This document shows positions 59,870 through 64,000 of a stretch of 64,000 nucleotides of DNA, one piece after another. A program made the translations under genes and the position numbers. Source of the stretch: the human T2T-CHM13v2.0 reference genome, Homo sapiens. The notes beneath the pieces were generated by a model. That model worked only from the letters and a program-made list of their open reading frames with translations. It made no database searches and was not told where the DNA came from. The stretch lies in the NCBI RefSeq assembly GCF_009914755.1, contig NC_060932.1, one strand, 5' to 3'. Every line of letters starts with the position of its first letter. Positions within the stretch are counted from its first letter, which is position 1.

Positions 59870-60230
59870 GACTTTTGCTCTGAAATGTCTTCCCAAGGAT
59901 ATTTCTAGAAGGAACAGTCCTGGGAGACAGAGACAGTGTCACTTCAGAGCCAAGAGTAGGTTTGTTTGCTGCGTTGCATAAAGACAGTGTTTTCCTTCTA
60001 GGGAAAGTTCAACAAAGGCCCTGCAACCCACTGTAACATTCCTGGTCCTCCTGCACCAGGGACTTGACTGTGATGCTCAGCCCTGTGTGTGCAGCATCCC
60101 ACTGGGTTGCCATATGCCTCACGCCAGCGGGACTTGCAGGGGAGCTGCCGTGGACACAGGGGTGTGCTGTGTGCTGCACCACAAGTGAGAAACTGCCTTT
60201 GATCCCAGAACTGAATGTTTTCTGAAAATA
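59870..60230. mobile_element. Probable old ERV LTR fragment (subfamily unassigned)
   Basis: gagccaagagtaggtttgtttgctg...taaagacagtg...ctgtgatgc...gcagcatcc resembles ERV LTR consensuses. Confidence 0.45.
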
Positions 60231-60446
60231 TTCATGATGTGACAGGCAACTTACAAGCTACCAGATAATGTACTATATTAGACCTTTCATAGTTGTTGAA
60301 AAAGTTCACTAGCTCTTTCTTCATCTGCGTGTTTATCACACTGTCTAAAACTGTGAAAAATCTGAGATGTTTTCCCACTGGAATAATAGGCAGATAGATT
60401 ACAGAGAGATGATTGACAAGCACATAGACAATAAGATAGATAGATA

Positions 60447-61167
60447 TTGCAAAAATGCAAGGGTCAGAGAAAAGAGTTCTTTATTGAAACAACCAGGTTA
60501 ATGGCATTGTATTACTAAGTATTATTAATAGCATTGTATTATTAAGTATTATTAGTAGCAGTGTATTATCAATAGCACTGTATTATTGTATTATTAAGTA
60601 GCACTGTATCATTACTTCGCAAGGCCCAGCAAACCCACAGAGACACGCAGTGAGAACCAGACAGAGAAATTTTTACATGAGCAGTGGGTTTCAGTCTACA
60701 GACTGAAAGGGACAGATAAAAATAGGTTTTCTCCACTTGTAAACCTCAAAGAGTCTATTCCCCTAACCTCTTTTGAGAGTATTTTCTTCAAGGTGTAATA
60801 GGAGGAACATTTATCCAGCCTGTTGGTATACAAGTCTCTCCAGGGTCTAGCTAAGCCCATCTGTCTCTGGCTTTATGACTCGGAAATGGCTTTAGGGGCC
60901 AAAGCTTTGTCCATTTTGAGTGTAAAAGACTAGGGAGAAGGAGTGTGCTAGTCTCCCTGCCTCTTTGGGAGCTTAACTTAGGAGTTTATCTTAAGTTGCA
61001 ACTATTTGCTTCTTGGGGAGAGAGAAGTTGATTTATTATCCTGTTAGATTCAGGCAATTAACGAAGGAAATGTCTACAGATCTTCATGGTATGTAAAAAG
61101 TAAAAAGTAAAGTGTTCTCAGGGAGCTGAGTCTTTTTATTGGAGCACTGATAACTTATTTCCCCACA
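60447..61167 (-). mobile_element. Probable ERV LTR containing an AT-rich mini-repeat (60504-60615)
   Basis: TG...CA bounded block interrupting L1-like DNA; reverse polyA signal tttatt near the left end. Confidence 0.4.
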
Positions 61168-62473
61168 GTTATGTTTACTGATGAGGCTCTCAAAAGCATT
61201 CTCTGTCTCTGTTACAGTGTGCATTTGTTTGTTTTTTAATTTCTGGAATCCCATTTAGTCATTTTGGTAGTTTCCATCACTGCCACTCTTACACATCTAA
61301 TCTTGCATATTGTCTACCTTGTTTGTTAAAGTCTTTGACATCCTATTTGATTGTGTTAAATTCTTTTTCAGAGTTGCACTGTCTGTCATATTTGAGTCTG
61401 ATTTTGGTGATTTCTGTCTACCAGTCTGCCATTACACTTTCCTTTTGGTATGCTGCATAACCATAATTTTCTTCTTTTTTTAAAATCTGAGCATCTGGTC
61501 TAGTCCAATAGAAATGGGGGCGAGTTGTTTTTATACCTGTAATAGATTCATCTGTTCGTTTGCTAGGCCTTCAGCACGGCAGTTTTAATTAATCTATTTT
61601 GAGTTTTAATTAATCTATTTAATTAGTCCAGTTTGATGGATCTTTCATTTGTTGCTGTCACAGCCACAGCAGAACATCACAGGCTTTGAACTTCTCTACA
61701 CCTCTTAAGTCCTTCCTGATTTCTTATCTTGGGATGGGGGCTGCTTCTCCAGAGGACTCTTTCTAATGACATAGGTCCAATGTTAATATGCATGTACCTG
61801 GTAGAGCTCAGGCTGCTACCAGAAGGCACGTGGGCAGATGTAAGTGTGTGCGGAGAAGGGAGGCGGAAAAGGAGAACAGAAGTGACATTTACAGAATGCC
61901 TACGAATACCAGATATTTTAGCTGAATCCACTCGCCAACTCAGAAATGCCCCATTACCCGCATCAGATGGGCTTAAGCCCTCTTCAGAGGCGTCATGCTC
62001 ATGACTTTGATAGGGCTCAGTCGTTGCCGAGTCTACTGACTCTGAAACTGACTTGAAATTCTCAGATAAAATATATTTACAAAATAGACGTTTGTATGTT
62101 TGTATGTACACTGATATATATGTTCAGTGGTTCTTGGTGGCTCCTGACTCTCTGTCACTACACTGATATGAAATATTAGAGTAAATGCTCTCAAAATGTC
62201 TAGAGCTGTCATGACATTTTAATACTCTTATTTTCAAACATGTTAAAAATTTCAACTTGATTTTTTAAAAATTTCCTTGGCAAATTTATCATGCCAGTTA
62301 GTTTCCAATAAAAGGAAATGCTAAAATACCAATAAAGCATTCCCATTAATGCAATGTTCAGGCAAAATGAAAGATGGAACTTTTAATGAAATTATTAATA
62401 AATGTCATTATGCCAATAGTAAACACCAGTATTCTCTAGCATTGAATTAATATTTTAATTAAATATTAAATTA

Positions 62474-62881
<408 letters not shown>

Positions 62882-63698
62882 AAGGAATTGTCAAAAATGA
62901 AAGCAACGATTATTTAACATGATAGAAGGGCATCTTCAAAATGGGTTACGCTTATGAATATACATATGAAATATACATATAAAATGCTGACAAAAGAATA
63001 TTAAGAAAGAAATCTTTATTAAAACATAAAACTTTAAAAATTATACTTACTAAAATCAGGACTGTGTTCTTACAGTTGCTGGGCATCTTTATGATTAAAA
63101 CTATACTAAAATGCTACAATGAGTATTCTTGGTATCTATATTTAGAATTGTTTTTAAATGTTGACCAGGGGAACATTATAAATGATCACACTGTTGAAAA
63201 TTGGTCCTGTCTTCTCCAATTTATCTACCTAAATTTTATCGACAGAGAAGGTTCTTAAATCACTACCTGGTGTAAGGAAGCACTAATTGAATTCCATACA
63301 ACAAATGTGTCACCAACCAAATGTGTCTGGGTCAGAAATAAGTGTCGACGTGCCAAACACCATGTTAAACACAACAAATGCTTTATCTTATTTCTACAGG
63401 TGCACATTTTACCAAAACCCTCACCCATGACACTAAAATCATTGTCTGACCTTCCACTTTTATGATTGTGTTACAGCATCTTAAAAGCATTTTTAAACTA
63501 TATAAATGAGTGTTGTGTACATGTATATATACTTACACAAATATACACATATATAATATTAAATATATATAAGTAAAATATATAAATGAATATTGCTAAA
63601 TGCTAAGTCATTAAGCATTGAACAACACTATAATTGAAGAACAGATGCTCACTCTTTTTCCTCTGTATCCACCTTGTATAAAAAGAAAGCTAACATTA

Positions 63699-64000
63699 CA
63701 GCAGTCCCCATTTATCTATGAAGGATATATTCCAAGTCCCCCAGTGGGTGCCTGAAACTGCAGGTAGTAACAAACCCTCTATATGCTATGTTTTTTCTTA
63801 TCCATACGGACCTAAGATACAGTTTATAAATTAGGCACAGTAGGAGATTAACAACAGTGACTAATAATACAGGGGAACAATTATAAAAATATGCGGCAAT
63901 AAAAGGTATGCAGAATGTGCTGTCTCTCAAAATATCTTATTGTGCTGTACTCACACTCCTTCTGGTGCTGATAGGAGACCATATGATGCCTACATGATAA
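63699..64000. mobile_element. MER44/Tigger7-type Tc1-mariner relic, truncated by the window end
   Basis: ta|cagcagtcccc.tttatc...ttccaag.cccccagtgg.tgcctgaaac...ataaattaggcacagta.gagattaacaac. Confidence 0.8.

Overview
Primate (almost certainly human) non-coding genomic DNA. I find no credible protein-coding gene. The listed ORFs are mostly explained by Alu, LTR and simple-repeat sequence or by chance. The window holds 12 Alus plus a FLAM, a dense and partly nested cluster of solo LTRs at 9.9-22.8 kb, DNA transposon relics (MER91A, MER1A, MER30, MADE1, MER44-like), old L1/L2/MIR fragments and several minisatellites, a mix suggestive of a distal chromosome region (inference). I cannot identify the locus. 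Repeat subfamily names come from recalled consensus sequences and need RepeatMasker/Dfam confirmation. The most notable unexplained structures are: (1) a 2.2-kb CpG-retaining 47/48-bp array at 26.6-28.8 kb with a degenerate trimeric higher-order organisation and nine TTC-N3-GAA sites; (2) a 48-bp VNTR at 23.6 kb that shares a core with that array and carries an ATG-initiated ORF of 16-aa repeats downstream of an LTR; (3) a ~200-bp templated insertion inside an LTR, copied from 2.9 kb away; (4) an Alu in which a quasi-palindrome has become a perfect hairpin; (5) a strong CTCF site and candidate + strand lncRNA splice sites. Sequence alone does not demonstrate a new biological system here.
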